In this document: piece after piece, positions 1 through 12,556 of the stretch
How the letters are laid out: each line of letters starts with the position of its first letter
Numbering within the stretch: the first letter of the stretch is position 1
Assembly (NCBI GenBank): GCA_040954595.2
Contig: CM082582.2
Coordinates: forward strand, 1,116,001 to 1,180,000
Length of the DNA: 64,000 nt
Source: Balanoglossus misakiensis
Taxonomy: Eukaryota; Animalia; Hemichordata
Direction of reading: 5' to 3'
Notes under the pieces: generated by a model
Database searches by the model: none
The model's input: the letters and a program-made list of their open reading frames with translations, nothing else
Told to the model about the DNA's origin: nothing
Translations under genes and position numbers: made by a program

Positions 1-252
1 CCAAAGGCAAACCGTTTCTGGTAAACAAATCAATGGCAAATAATTACTTCGGCGACATACCAATCAGTCAACATGGCTGCCTAATCGTTGGATAGCCCGG
101 TTTCATCTCGCGATCATTCTGTCTTCCGATATGGCGTTGCATGGTTAAATTCGTCTCTTCTTTGCCGACATAGTCAGGCGACAGCGGTCGAGAAGCATAG
201 GCAGCGACGCCATCTTGTTTACAATGTGAAGCATCGACTGCGCATGCTCAAT
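1..252 (+). repeat. Dispersed repeat, inverted partner of 16702-16953
   Basis: ccaaaggcaaaccgtttctggtaaac...gcgcatgctcaat is the reverse complement of 16702-16953 with scattered substitutions; the homology runs off the window start. Confidence 0.9.
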
Positions 253-1309
253 AATTTTCCGCGTTTTTTTTTTGCCAACGGCGCGCGCGCGGTGTCTGGT
301 ATAGAGAAAATAACATGCAAGTGCGCGATTATTCATTTGTAAAAAATCAGTTATACATTTGTCATCAACGTTTGAAAACTTTCAATGATCTTACCTCGGT
401 AAGCATTTCAAAATAGGTACATTTTTATTTAGAACCATCGTATGTGGAAAATAATAAAACACAGAGTGGGGATTGGCCCTATGTTTGACTTGATCATACC
501 CAGCTCGGTTTGCGTTTTGTCATTGACGAGGGTGTCAGACTTTTGCTGAGAGAGTGAGTTTCTATAGCGTAAACGTTTATCGACTGGACTTTCTGTGCGC
601 CAACAATTACATTATTTTTGGCCGGGGAACACGTGCAACTTTTGATGACTGTTTTTCTAGCGCCGTGTTTTTATCTTACGACCTAGAATACCTGCTTTCG
701 TCACCATGGTCTGCTCTGCACGTACTATGCTTTCCAGTTTATGTAGCTTGAAGTTGTACCACATTTTGGTTTCCGAGCTGTAGCGAACATAAAACCGAAA
801 CTAATAGCTACGTGTTGACCGCAGCGACTGCGTGTTTTTTTGTTGTATTCCCAACCTACAGTTTATTCTCATGCAGCTCAGACTGAGGTCGCTTCTAAGA
901 GAAAAAACAACAACATATTTTTGGCTGCTGCCAGACCAGGAATGGAAAATCTTGAGTGGCGCTGGGCTGCATTTCTCTGTAGGACTGTAGTTGTATTGTG
1001 CAAGGGTTCGCCAGCATCGCCTTCAGACTTGTTGTCATAGTCACTGGTGGCGGTTTGTCCTGCACTACTCGTCGTTCTATTTGATGTGGTGGTATTATTC
1101 CCAGATGTCTGTGCCGAGGATCCTGCCCGTTTTCCGATTCTCTTCGTTTTGTCGGCCATTTGCTTCACTTTTTCTGTCATTGTTGCGACGTCAGTCTCTG
1201 TTGTTGTTCGAAGGAGGCGAAAGTCCATTCACCATTAATAGCCGAATTTCCAAGATCGTCCGTTAATTACAATGCGACGTCACGCTACCATGTCCTAAGA
1301 AAGACTACA

Positions 1310-1458
1310 GGGCACATTTTTTTATCTCGTGCGCACGACTTACGTGTGCATGTGATATTTTCTCGTGAACACGAGATATGCACGAGATAGCATGTTTCTC
1401 GTGCACACGAGAAAACATCTCGCTGGAACAAGATACTATCTCTTGCACAAGAAATAGA
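1310..1458. repeat. Short palindromic minisatellite or MITE remnant (ctcgtg-nn-cacgag units)
   Basis: Several imperfect palindromes: ctcgtgcgcacga, ctcgtgaacacgag, ctcgtgcacacgag. Confidence 0.55.
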
Positions 1459-3951
1459 ATAACTGGCAGCCACTATGATGTCTGCCACAGGCAAATTTAA
1501 ATATTCCACTCTGGATCTTCTTTCAGCCCTTCGGAAAACATGAGCATTTATGAAATCCGGCTCTCAATTTTTCGAGAAGTTCCAGCAGTTGTGGTGTCGC
1601 CAAAAACGAATGTATGCCATTCCTGGCGGAAAAAAATATGCAAGAGACGCTTGCAATACACTGCCATCTACCTGACCGCCCTACATGCCTTAATGTAAGG
1701 TAGAAGGTCGGGCGGTAGGAAGAGTTCACCAAAAGAGGGCGCATTTTATCATCCATTGATTTATACTGTGTACGAGCAGAGAAGCCTCAGTGTTTGCGGT
1801 TAGAACCGTATCGGTAAGACAAAGACAGAAGAGTTGACAGACAACAAACTTATTCAGTTTATATCATATAATTCTTACTGTAAAACGTTCCCTGAATAAA
1901 GCCTTGTGCTCATAAGAACATTGAAGATTGTCGCATACAGACCGACACCTTTTTATCTATTGTAGGTATTGAATAGAACGCTAAATACCTGTGTATTTCT
2001 TATTCATTATGCAATGATGTAACACAACAAGTTTCGGACAGTGTGAAGAAAGGGCCAAAGCACTCTTGCAAGTTAGTGTTGTGTACTCTTTTCCAACACT
2101 GCTGCAAGCTGTTCAGCAACTGATGCTGCTTGTATCTCCGATGACAAATGGACAGTCTGTGTGCTGTCAAAGTAAATCCATCAATTTTGCGGAGCTGAAA
2201 GGAAAATGACAGCTTGTCAAACTCAAATCTGCCAGACGAAATAGGGAAAGAAATGCATAACAGGTAATCCACCATAGTATGAATTTTAGCCAGCATCCTA
2301 TGAAATGCGGTGAAACGGAACTGCAATTAATTTTAAATGAATTCTGCTCAAATTGTTTTGTTAGTTCTCAACATTGGATTGGAACCGTTAAATATATTGT
2401 ACCGTATAACATTATCATACAGGTTAGTATGTCAAATATTTTTCCATTTGGCATTTTCTTCTTGAGGTCATTTCAACAGTATGCACACCACAGTTTGTGA
2501 GATATGGACAGAAACAAACAGGAATCTATGCAATGTTATAATAGTATATTATTGTTAACAAGAAAGCGGCAACTCTCTGCCTGGCAGAGAATAATGATAG
2601 TCTTTTTGAAAAAAAGGGCGTGCTGAGGATATGGTCAGTCAAAAACATACATGTATAAGGTATGCCTGAACTAATTTTTAATATGGTGTACATAAATATT
2701 TATGCATTGTCGCAATGACTGGAGGTCTTTAAATGACCAAGCTGTATGGACACCTCATTCAATGTTACATATATTTGTTATTACATGTTTTATTGAAATT
2801 GCCAGTTGTCTGTTTTAATTCTGGCAGTTCTGCTGTGTCTTTTGTCTTGCCCTGACAGAATGCAGTAATATTTGCAGTACAAGAGGAGTGTCAGTAAATA
2901 GTGGAGCAATATCTTTCTACGAATGTACTCATGCATTGCTCCAAAGTGAAGTACATTCGCAAAACCAGTTTGGGAAATCGGGACTCTTTTCAAGATAATA
3001 CCACATTTTTGTGGATGTCACATGACATGGAAACACTCTAGAATCACGATTGAGATAAGGTTTCGGTTTGATATACCACTTCCTTGTTATTTCAATCTGT
3101 ATGTTTTCTTAACCCCCTCCCTCGAAAAAAGGTAATTGAGGTTATTGTAAAATTACCTGAAAACAAACAGGCTACTCTAGCCTCCTTTTTATGAGGTTTG
3201 TGATGTAACATATTTTGAATTTCGTGAATCGATCAAAAGTTTCCGTGCACTAACTATCAAAACTATACCAAAAAATAATTTGGGCAATTCATAAGGAGAA
3301 TCTAGTGGGTCAGCGGCTATAGAACTGACGTAAGTGTAAGTATCAGAGGATTGTGGATACGAGGCTGGGAAGAGCAAAACTCGAACACTCATGAAATCTA
3401 CACGTGACGCCAAATTCTTTGTAATATGAACAGTGGAAAACTGCCATGCCATCCCTCTAAGTGCAAACTTCCAAAGATTTCAATCTGGTGATATTTAAAA
3501 AAAATATTTTATTCAAATTCATGTGGTGATATTTAAAAAAAATATTTTATTCAAATTCATGTTATAAATTAAACTTGCATCTATGATATAGAAATGACTC
3601 TGTCTTATATAACAAAAATACAAATAACTTGGTTAGATGACCAAAGATTTCCCATCTCGAAAAGTTTCTACCAAAATGACTAACTCCAAATCTGCTAAGA
3701 GAGCCCTAGCAAATTTAATCACTGCACATTACTCTCGATAAAACGAAATATTGCGCATTCATTTTGTCCTTGAATTGAAATGCATGGCCAGTGTTCATAG
3801 ACTTCACACACACAGGATGTTTAAGGAGTTGAATTGTTATTGACAGCGACCAGGTCGGTAGATTCTATTGGATGAAGAAAAAATGAAAAGACAGTCAGTA
3901 CATAGCTAAATTCTCCTATACAAGGGCGTCTTCAATTGGTACAGTGACTGA

Positions 3952-4018
3952 CTGAATGGATGAATGAATGAATGAATGAATGAATGAATGAATGAATGAA
4001 TGAATGAATGAATGAATG
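3952..4018 (+). repeat. (GAAT)n microsatellite
   Basis: Read directly from the sequence. Confidence 0.97.
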
Positions 4019-4910
4019 ATGAACGGATGAGTCGTAATAATATGCTTCAATCATAGGGGCTTTGAAAATTATTAAAATAAAATAAAAAATAATGTACTCA
4101 CAACCGACATTTATACAACAGACAGCTCAAGAAACTCCTCCATGTGTACAATACTTTGCCAATTTAGTGACAACATCAGCTTGCAGAGCACGTGAGCACC
4201 GCTTTCGCCAGCCTGTGGTGCCCGCATATCTTTTTTGTTCAGCAGTAACATGCACGACACATGCAGAGACACAAACGTCCATGTTGCAAATTGTAGATGA
4301 AAGCATCAGCTGCGCTGGTTTTATGGTCAGCATCACTGGCTGTTACATGAAAACTGTTTGTCACATACCTTAACCAACATATACGTGTATCTGTATGGAA
4401 AGAAAGTAGGCTCACCCCCGGTACAGTATTATTTTATTTTGCATGCACGCAATGGCCTGAATTTGCTAAACTGGGATCATCTGCGCGCATTTCAAAACGT
4501 GCTCGTTGCTTAACTTCGCGTGCTTTACTACTCACAATTATTCCACTTGTGAACGAACACGTCACCCAATTTTACAGTGTAGCCATGTGGAAAACTGGTG
4601 ACAAGGTAATATTTCATTCGAAGATCAACCTACGTTCAGAAAGTTTGCATTGTGGTGAATTCTCACTGCTCTCGCAATGCGGTCTGTGGCTCACTGCCGC
4701 AGACCGCATTACACGTAGAAATAAATTCTGTACGTCACAGTTCGTAGGTCGCATAGGTCATGGAGTTAATCCATTATACATTGCGGCTTACAATTTCTCG
4801 TGACCCTCTTATCATGCAGCTTGTGTGTTACTGACCACTGACGCATGTCAAAACACTCAATATTTTTTTTAAATTTGCAAAATCTTTCATTTTAAAGTTG
4901 TGATACTCAC

Positions 4911-5110
4911 TGCAGATAGCATTCTTTTCAGTAGGAACTATTTCTGCTGCCATTTCAATATTGTCTTTATTCCATGTAAATATATTTCCTCCAATTGAAC
5001 AGTCCCCCGCCACAGCTGCAACCTCTTCTGCAGTCAGAACTTTTGACCACATGTATGTCATTTAGTCAAGACAATTTGGGAGAACTGTAGTTTAAAGCCT
5101 CCAAAGCTGC
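4911..5110 (-). pseudogene. Degenerate exon encoding a pentraxin-domain C-terminus
   Basis: MTYMWSKVLTAEEVAAVAGDCSIGGNIFTW resembles the pentraxin W..vL..eEi...a.C...GN...W pattern; GTGAGT donor right after 4911; the upstream GGF-containing part is frameshifted; start approximate. Confidence 0.6.
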
Positions 5111-5752
5111 CACTTTTAGCATTATTTTCATGATTTTATTTTCCAACTTAAATTGGTTCATCAAAATAAGCTTACTGATAGGTATACATAAACATCTTAT
5201 CGATGCCCGATTGTGACTGCATGTTGCAATTGGAACATGCTATGTATTAAAACGGTGCCTCACCGATTTAATCAGCCTTCATACAAACAATAGCAGCTAA
5301 GCAGCTATCGTGAAATGCGACGCCAAGTTATGACAAACCAATGCAAATGCAAGTAATATGGCTCAATTGTCACGGGTGAAGATTTTAGGGAATAGGGAAT
5401 ATACATATGAAGTATTTTACTCTGGAAAAAAATATGCCAATTTTAGCAGCTATAGGGTTTTTAAAGCGCGGGCGAAGTATGAACAGATGCAGTAAATATC
5501 GATACATTGTATTTTGGAGGTTTCTCATAACCATGATTGGTTGGCTAATTATGCGGCGTTTTCTAAATAAAAGGAACAATATTAATTTATTGTTGGGGCT
5601 CATCTCTGTTAACATCTTGCCGTCTCTGCTGAGTGTTGGCCTCTTCCAGCGGCACGTGTTTGTCCTTTAGGGCATGCTGTAAAATATTTAGAATAGCGCT
5701 GCCATTTGATCAAAGGATAAGCTGGCTTCGCGTGTAGGATGTGTGTCTTACG

Positions 5753-6486
5753 TGTGACGATATTCTGTGATATAGCATAATTGTATGTACTTGTAATTGT
5801 CTCTCTAGAGTTTACGCCCTCGGTGGTGAGATTTAGTATATTGAATACGTGTGTTTTAGTAGCTTGGGGAGTCTTGAGGACCACCTGGTCTGACTACTTC
5901 CTAGGGGATTTGATAGGATGGCAGCCATAGCGTTTGACGTGTATGATTTTGGATCCATAGACATCCTCCAACCATGTGAGTTTTGACTATCACTTTTCAT
6001 CTCAACCTGTGGTATATTTTAATAACCCAGCACACTACACTGAATTGATGTCGAGATGTTCTGAAATTGGGCGTTTAGCCGTACGGAACTTTGATCTGTC
6101 AATGGACATTGCTGGTGTGGAATGAATGTGCGGTGACGTCTCGGTGTACTTTGGCAAGTGCACGAAGAGTATTTGCGTCGCGGTCAAGTCGGACAGGAGG
6201 AAGACCTGGATGAATTACCAGACTCCACATGCATGCCAACGAGGACGATGTTTGTCGGACTTTATTTATTAGATTTAAGTTAAGTTAAGATAAGTTAAGA
6301 TTGTAACGGATTATTTTCATAAGTTTGACCACGTGGCGTTTTGATTGTCATGTCTGTATATGGTATTTTGATGTACGGGTAATATTTTCATGATTAGTAA
6401 TTAAATCCCCAGGTGGAATATATTTTCGTAGATTTGATCGTTCGATTCGATTTGTCTAGTTCACGTATAGCCGTCGATGCGTGACA
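5753..6486 (+). repeat. 5' LTR of the Gmr1-like element
   Basis: tgtgacgatattc...cgtgaca; one mismatch to the 3' LTR seen by eye (tatttgcg vs tatctgcg). Confidence 0.95.
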
Positions 6487-6503
6487 TGGGGGCTCGTCCG
6501 GGA
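6487..6503 (+). promoter_or_regulatory. Primer-binding site for tRNA-Pro
   Basis: TGGGGGCTCGTCCGGGA directly after the LTR is complementary to the tRNA-Pro 3' end. Confidence 0.92.
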
Positions 6504-6578
6504 GTTTTAACCGTAGTATTAGTTACGTAGTATAGATTGTGGTATAGATTTATTTTTGAGTATAAATATAGAAGAAAC

Positions 6579-8879
6579 ATGGATATCGCAGAATTTATTG
6601 AGTCACCATCCCTTGCCGGATTGGAAGCATGTAAAAAGGTGGATTTAATTGAGATTGCAAACAAACTTGAGCTCAGCGTGAAAACTTCCATGCGTAAAGA
6701 TGAAATTAAGCGTATCATTGTTGCATTTCTGGTCGATGAGGATAAATTGCCACTAGATGCTTTAATTCAGTATCCTGAAATTGAAGAAAAGTCGACAAAT
6801 GCTGATTTGCGTCTGATGGAATTAAAAATGGAATTTGAATTGAAGGAGAAATTGAAATTAAAAGAAATTGAAATGCAGGAAAAATTGAAATTAAAAGAAT
6901 TCGAAATTAGAGTAAAAGAAATTGAAACTGCGGAAAAGATGAAAATAAAAGAAATGGAAATGAGAAATAATCTTGAGAGAGAGTCAATGGGTCTTCGACC
7001 AGATGTAAGAAATGAAGAGAGTTATTTTGATTTGGGAAAACAGATACGCTTAGTACCTCAATTTAATGAGGATGATATAGATAAATATTTCCAACATTTT
7101 GAGCGTGTCGCCAATAGTTTGAAATGGCCTAAGGATAAGTGGCCTTTGTTGTTGCAAAGTGTTTTGAGAGGTAAAGCTCAAGAAGCATACTCGAATTTGT
7201 CCCCTGATGAGTATGTCGATTATGAGGCAGTTAAAACTGCTATTTTGAAAGCGTATGAGTTGGTGCCGGAGGCATATCGACAGAAATTTAGAAATTTGCA
7301 GAAGTCGAGTCGTACTCATGTTGAATTTGCCCATTTGAAAGAGGTGTATTTTGACCGATGGTGCCGTGCTAAAGATGTTGGAAACGATTTTGATAAATTG
7401 AAACAGTTAATTTTGATTGAAGAATTTAAGAGTTGCGTGCATGATGAAATCAAAACATATTTAGATGAAAGAGATATTGAGTCATTGCATAAAGCTGCCA
7501 CAATGTCTGATGATTTTGCATTGACACATAAACTTTCTTCTTACAGAGGTAAAGACCATGGACCGGGTAGGGCAACAGCGTCAGCGACTGTCGCCAATGC
7601 TGGAGGGTATAAACCAAATTATTCAAAACCTCCCATTCAGGTAAATCGTACAAGTGGATCAAATTTTAATCATCAGAATAAATTGAGAATTGGCTCGAGC
7701 CCTCCCATATGCCATTATTGTAAGAAACCGGGGCACGTAATGTCGTCATGTCCTACGTTTCCTCAGTGTTCATATTGCCAAAAGAGGGGACACACAAGAA
7801 ATGAATGTTTGCTTTTGAAACGGGCACAGCAAAATGTAGCGTCGCCTAATGCTTTTGTGTCTGCTTGTCCAAAAGTTGTTTCGGAAGCTTTATCAAGTCG
7901 TATTGATGAAATTAGAAAACCCGTAATTAGAAAGGAATTTCAGCCCTTTGTTACAGATGGGTTTGTGTCAGTTGTTGGGGGGAAACCTATGCCCATTCGG
8001 ATCTTGCGGGACACAGGTGCAACCCAGTCTTTGCTGTTAGAAGGAATTTTGCCTGTTGATTCTGGGACGGATACTGGGGAGCAAGTTATTATACAAGGTA
8101 TTGAGGGAAATTTCCTAACGGTACCTCTTCATCGAGTAGTCCTTGATTCAAGTTTGGTGTCTGGTCCTGTAGTGGTGGGGATTCGACCGTCATTGCCGAT
8201 TAAAGGTATATCTTTGTTGCTAGGCAATGATTTGGCCGGAGGTCGGGTCATTGCTGATCCTAAAGTGGTGTTTGGTCCAGTTACGTCTGCCGAAACCGAA
8301 AAGCTGGAGAATGACATTCCCGGTATTTTTCCTGCTTGTGCCGTAACACGTTCTCAGGTCAAGCACATGAACAAAGAAGCGCATAATTTAGAATCGATGT
8401 CTGATGATCTTGATTTGTCTGAGACTTTTATGGGAAAGTTGATTTCGAATGTTGTAGACGATGAAAGTTTATTGAAAGTTGATGATAATGTTTCGAAAAC
8501 GTCAGTCGATAAAGTTGATTCGAAAATGTCGCTGTCTCGTGAGAAATTGATATCAGAACAGAGTAAAGATTCCGATCTTGCTCCACTGTTTGAAGTGGTT
8601 TTGTCTGTCGATGAGTTGAAAAAGGTTCCAAGGGGTTACTTTGTGAATCAGGGAGTACTGATGAGAAAATGGCGTCCTCCCACTGAGCCTGCGTCGAATG
8701 AATGGTCGGTATTGTACCAAATTGTTGTTCCTGAAAGTTATCGATCTCAGATTTTGGGATTGGCCCATGAGGGTCCAATGGGTGGACACTTGGGTGTTTC
8801 CAAGACTATGTGGAAAATTACTCGACATTTCTATTGGCCAAAAATTAGAAAGAGCGTTGCTGATTATTGCAGAAATTGT
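6579..8879 (+). CDS. Gag-pol 5' part: gag, two CCHC knuckles, aspartic protease, integrase H2C2 (interrupted)
   Basis: ATG at 6579; CHYCKKPGHVMSSC and CSYCQKRGHTRNEC; ILRDTGATQS; LAHEGPMGGHLG...CRNC ending at the insertion site. Confidence 0.92.
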
Positions 8880-9221
8880 TGAAACGTCTACACACAACTG
8901 TATTTCAATGGACTCTTTATTCACATCAGACCATGCTCGACATCTACAATCACACACCAAAAACAAGATGGCGTTCCCTCTCCAAAACGAGGCTACCCAC
9001 CTCCCACCTCTTGACACAGAGGGCGCCATTCACAAAAGTACTCAAATGTCTCATAACTCCCCCCCCTTCCCTGCACATGTCCACATGTGACAAGAATAAA
9101 TTCAAGAGTCCAAGTGTTCCATGCCTGTTGCAAATAATTAAATAAAATAAATAAATAAATAATGTTAAACAATCAATGCATTTTTTTCATACACAGTAGT
9201 CGACAGTCAACAAAGACAGTT

Positions 9222-10421
9222 TTAGTCCGATATCTGTTCCGTGAGTACATAATCCTGCAACCGACGTGGAATACGGCGCACTCTGGTAGAACGACGCAAA
9301 TTAGATTCTGCACCATGGTTGCCATCAGTCTGCTGGCTCCCTGACCCTGCAGCATCCATCCCTTCATTTCCAGTCGGCTCCATTTCCGTCTGACGGTCTG
9401 GTACCACACTCCCCTGGGTGGGTAACACACTCCCCTGGGTTGGTATATTTCCTATACGTGAACTTCCCAAAAGATCCCCATCCTCAGAATCGGAATCGGA
9501 ATCACTACTATCGGCAACTGACGGTTGGTCATTACCATTAGTTGACACCTCTGGATCTCGCAAAGGCGAACCAGCATCAATTGTCTGCTCACTCGTCTTA
9601 CTGTATAAATGTCCTGGCCTCTCTCTGTATGGACGAAGTTGATCATGATGTATCACTTTCCTTCTCCGCCCCCCCCCCCCCCCCTGGCTTATCCTGTACA
9701 ACACATCGCTGATTACCTTGACGACGATGTAAGGACCATTCCATCGGGCACTGAGTTTAGGTGAACGTCCCTTCCTTCTGGCATTGTTAGCAACCATAAC
9801 TTTGTCACCAACATTGTATTTACAGAATCGGCTGTTTATCTTTGACTTCTCACAACGTCTGTCTCTCAATTTAGCCAGTCTATCATACACCAGTTTTCTG
9901 GCCTTGGTGAGTTTGTCAAAATGATCTTTGACCCTGTCCCGGGCTGTACACAAACCTCTTGAATTGACTGTGTCTGTGGGTACTGGCTGCAATGCAGTTC
10001 TAACCTCCTGACCGTACAGTAAGAAATACGGTGTATGCCCGGTAGCATCATGTTCACTCGTGTTATAGGTGTGGATGACTTTTGGTAGATGGTCATCCCA
10101 ATTGTCTTGACACTCGTTAACATAGTTCTTTAACATGTCAGCCAAAGTAAGGTTGAAATGTTCTGTTTGTCCATTTCCAGATGGGTGGTAACTTGATGTT
10201 CTTGTTTTTGATGTGTTGAACATTCTGCACACCTCAGACAGGAGATTACTTTCGAAATTTCGTCCCTGATCACTGTGTAATGTCTCTGGTGGACCAAACA
10301 ACAAACACCAATCATTGGTGAATATTTCTGCTATGGTAGAACTTTCTTGATTGGGTACTGCTTTAGCTACAACAAATTTACTAAAGCCATCATTTATGGT
10401 TACAATGTAGCGATTTCCTTT
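9222..10421 (-). pseudogene. Integrase core and GPY/F module of the nested element, N-terminally truncated
   Basis: KGNRYIVTINDGFSKF...LHSDQGRNFES...YHPSGNGQTEHFN...RWNGPYIV; the first catalytic Asp and the H2C2 domain are missing. Confidence 0.88.
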
Positions 10422-10531
10422 GGGAAGGGGGGGAAGTTATGAGACATTTGAGTACTTTTGTGAATGGCGCCCTCTGTGTCAAGAGGTGGGAGGTGGGTAG
10501 CCTCGTTTTGGAGAGGGAACGCCATCTTGTT
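10422..10531 (+). repeat. Inverted internal copy of the PPT plus first ~92 bp of the nested element's LTR
   Basis: gggaagggggggaagtta|tgagacatttgagtac...gccatcttgtt matches the reverse complement of about 8962-9071. Confidence 0.92.
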
Positions 10532-11164
10532 ATTTACAGGTTTGCTGAGGTAAGTATTAGGTTGTGTCAGTCCTTTGAAAGTCACAGTTTTCTTTACAAA
10601 ATCAACTTCCATGCTTCCCAGTTTTTCCATAACATCCGTTCCCATCAAGAATTCATTGCGCATGAGCTTTGGAGACATTACATACACCCATGTTGGACCA
10701 ATGACAAAATTTTGAACAGTAAGATCGACTTGCACCTGGCCATCAAAGCATACGGGTGTACCATTAACTGCTTCTGGCTGAATATTCACAGGATACAGTG
10801 GCAACCCGTTTATGGCTGGTAGATCACTTCTGACTATGGTAATTTGTGAACCACTATCTACGAATATGGGCGTCTCAACTCCATTTATCATACCCGTAGT
10901 CCTATATTGGTCGCCGCATGTGCGTGAAGTCATTGTGGTTAATATTTGGGGTGAGAGTTCATCGTTGTTCATTTGTTGTTCGGTAACAGTTTGTTGACTA
11001 TGATACTGATTCTGGTCATGTGGCAATCCCCAGGCTCTAAGGCCCCGGACAGGCAGTTCCGGGGTCCCCCGAACATTGCCACTCACCAGATCATCAGTAC
11101 ACAGACCATCCATGGCCGTCTTCTCAACAGAGGTCAAGGGCTGGCCAGCGCCCCGACCTCCCAC
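10532..11164 (-). pseudogene. Aspartic protease region of the nested element (pol truncated before RT)
   Basis: VETPIFVDSGSQITIV...EFLMGTDVM retropepsin motifs. Confidence 0.85.
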
Positions 11165-12357
11165 TAGTTTGGGTAAAATTCAGGACAATTGGCTGCCTTA
11201 TGTCCGTAACGATGACACTTGAAACACTGGAACCGATTAGGACAGTTTCTTCTAAAATGGCCGAACCGTCCACATTCAAAACACTTACCAGTTGTCTGTG
11301 CAGGCCTTGTTGATGAGCGACTGGTTCTACCACGACCTCTTTGTTGGTTGCTCTGGTTTCCGTACACCCGATTAACTTGCGCATCAACCATTGCTGAAAT
11401 TGTTGGCTCTAAGCTTGAAATTGCAGATTCAACAGCCTCGCGTACCACACTACTTACGGTTGTATCGACCTCCCCTACTTGCATGACGTTGTCAACAGAA
11501 ATAGTGTTCTCCTTTGTCTGATATTTTTGCCAGTTCGTGGCAAACAGAAATGAAGAGAGATGAATTGTCAGCACAGCGGGAATTTCATTGCACAGATTAC
11601 GGTCGCTGCATCTCCTTTCAAACATATATTCCGATTCTGAGGATGGGGATCTTTTGGGAAGTTCACGTATAGGAAATATACCAACCCAGGGGAGTGTGTT
11701 ACCCACCCAGGGGAGTGTGGTACCAGACCGTCAGACGGAAATGGAGCCGACTGGAAATGAAGGGATGGATGCTGCAGGGTCAGGGAGCCAGCAGACTGAT
11801 GGCAACCATGGTGCAGAATCTAATTTGCGTCGTTCTACCAGAGTGCGCCGTATTCCACGTCGGTTGCAGTTCGTGGCAAAATCCACGACCTCACTTAACT
11901 CCGCTTCGGCAACTTTGTAGTGTAAGGCAACAGATAACTGGTCGCCCAATTCCCTAGGAAGACCGACGATAAACTGACCTTTGATAATTGAGTCTAATCC
12001 GCTACCAACGCATTTGGGAAATCCTTCAATTGCAAGCTTTCTTAGGGAACGCACGAACTTCCCAATGCTCTCCCCGGATTCCAGTTTACGGCAATGAAAT
12101 TCCCGCTGTGCTGACAATTCATCTCTCTTCAATCCAAAATGTTTTCTCAACTCTACCTTTATCTTATCTATGTCCTTTTTGTCATCTACCGACAGCAATT
12201 GGATTACGGTCGCTGCATCTCCTTTCAAACACGTGCGTATTATTGCTGCAGCTTTGTTCTCTTTACCTTCTGCCTCAATGATAGCATCGAATCTATCCAA
12301 CCAAGGTTCCAGTTCTCCTCTCTCCTCCCCGGTGAAATATTCTACTTTTTTGGCCAT
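11164..12357 (-). pseudogene. gag of the nested element, disrupted by a 322-bp templated insertion
   Basis: MAKKVEYFTGEERG...SEVVDFATN|WQKYQ...CFECGRFGHFRRNC, CFKCHRYGHKAANC; the frame is restored by removing the insert and one copy of the 14-bp duplication. Confidence 0.88.
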
Positions 12358-12556
12358 CGTTTACACCGCTGCCACCATTGAAACGTCTACACACAACTGT
12401 ATTTCAATGGACTCTTTATTCACATCAGACCATGCTCGACATCTACAATCACACACCAAAAACAAGATGGCGTTCCCTCTCCAAAACGAGGCTACCCACC
12501 TCCCACCTCTTGACACAGAGGGCGCCATTCACAAAAGTACTCAAATGTCTCATTGT

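Larger units (their letters stand above)
8880..12552 (-). mobile_element. Nested non-autonomous, rearranged Ty3/gypsy element with 174-bp LTRs
   Basis: LTRs 8880-9053 and 12379-12552 identical by eye (TGAGAC...TTTCA on minus); TSD TTGT at 8876-8879 and 12553-12556; PBS TGGTGGCAGCGGTG (tRNA-Leu); PPT about 9054-9071. Confidence 0.95.

Noticed and set aside
878-1228. 116-aa Thr/Ser-rich ORF
   Set aside because: Low complexity with no recognisable domain or clear exon structure; cannot be supported
1523-1756. LLVNSSYRPT as a LINE endonuclease YRPP motif
   Set aside because: A single weak motif with no other APE signature nearby
11161-11166. Stop-codon read-through from gag to pol in the nested element
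   Set aside because: The gag frame meets TGA ten codons after the TAG; the protease is in the -1 frame
12170-12556. N-terminal part of the 936-aa ORF
   Set aside because: Chance read-through of antisense gag and LTR of the nested element; the real Gmr1 frame resumes at 12557
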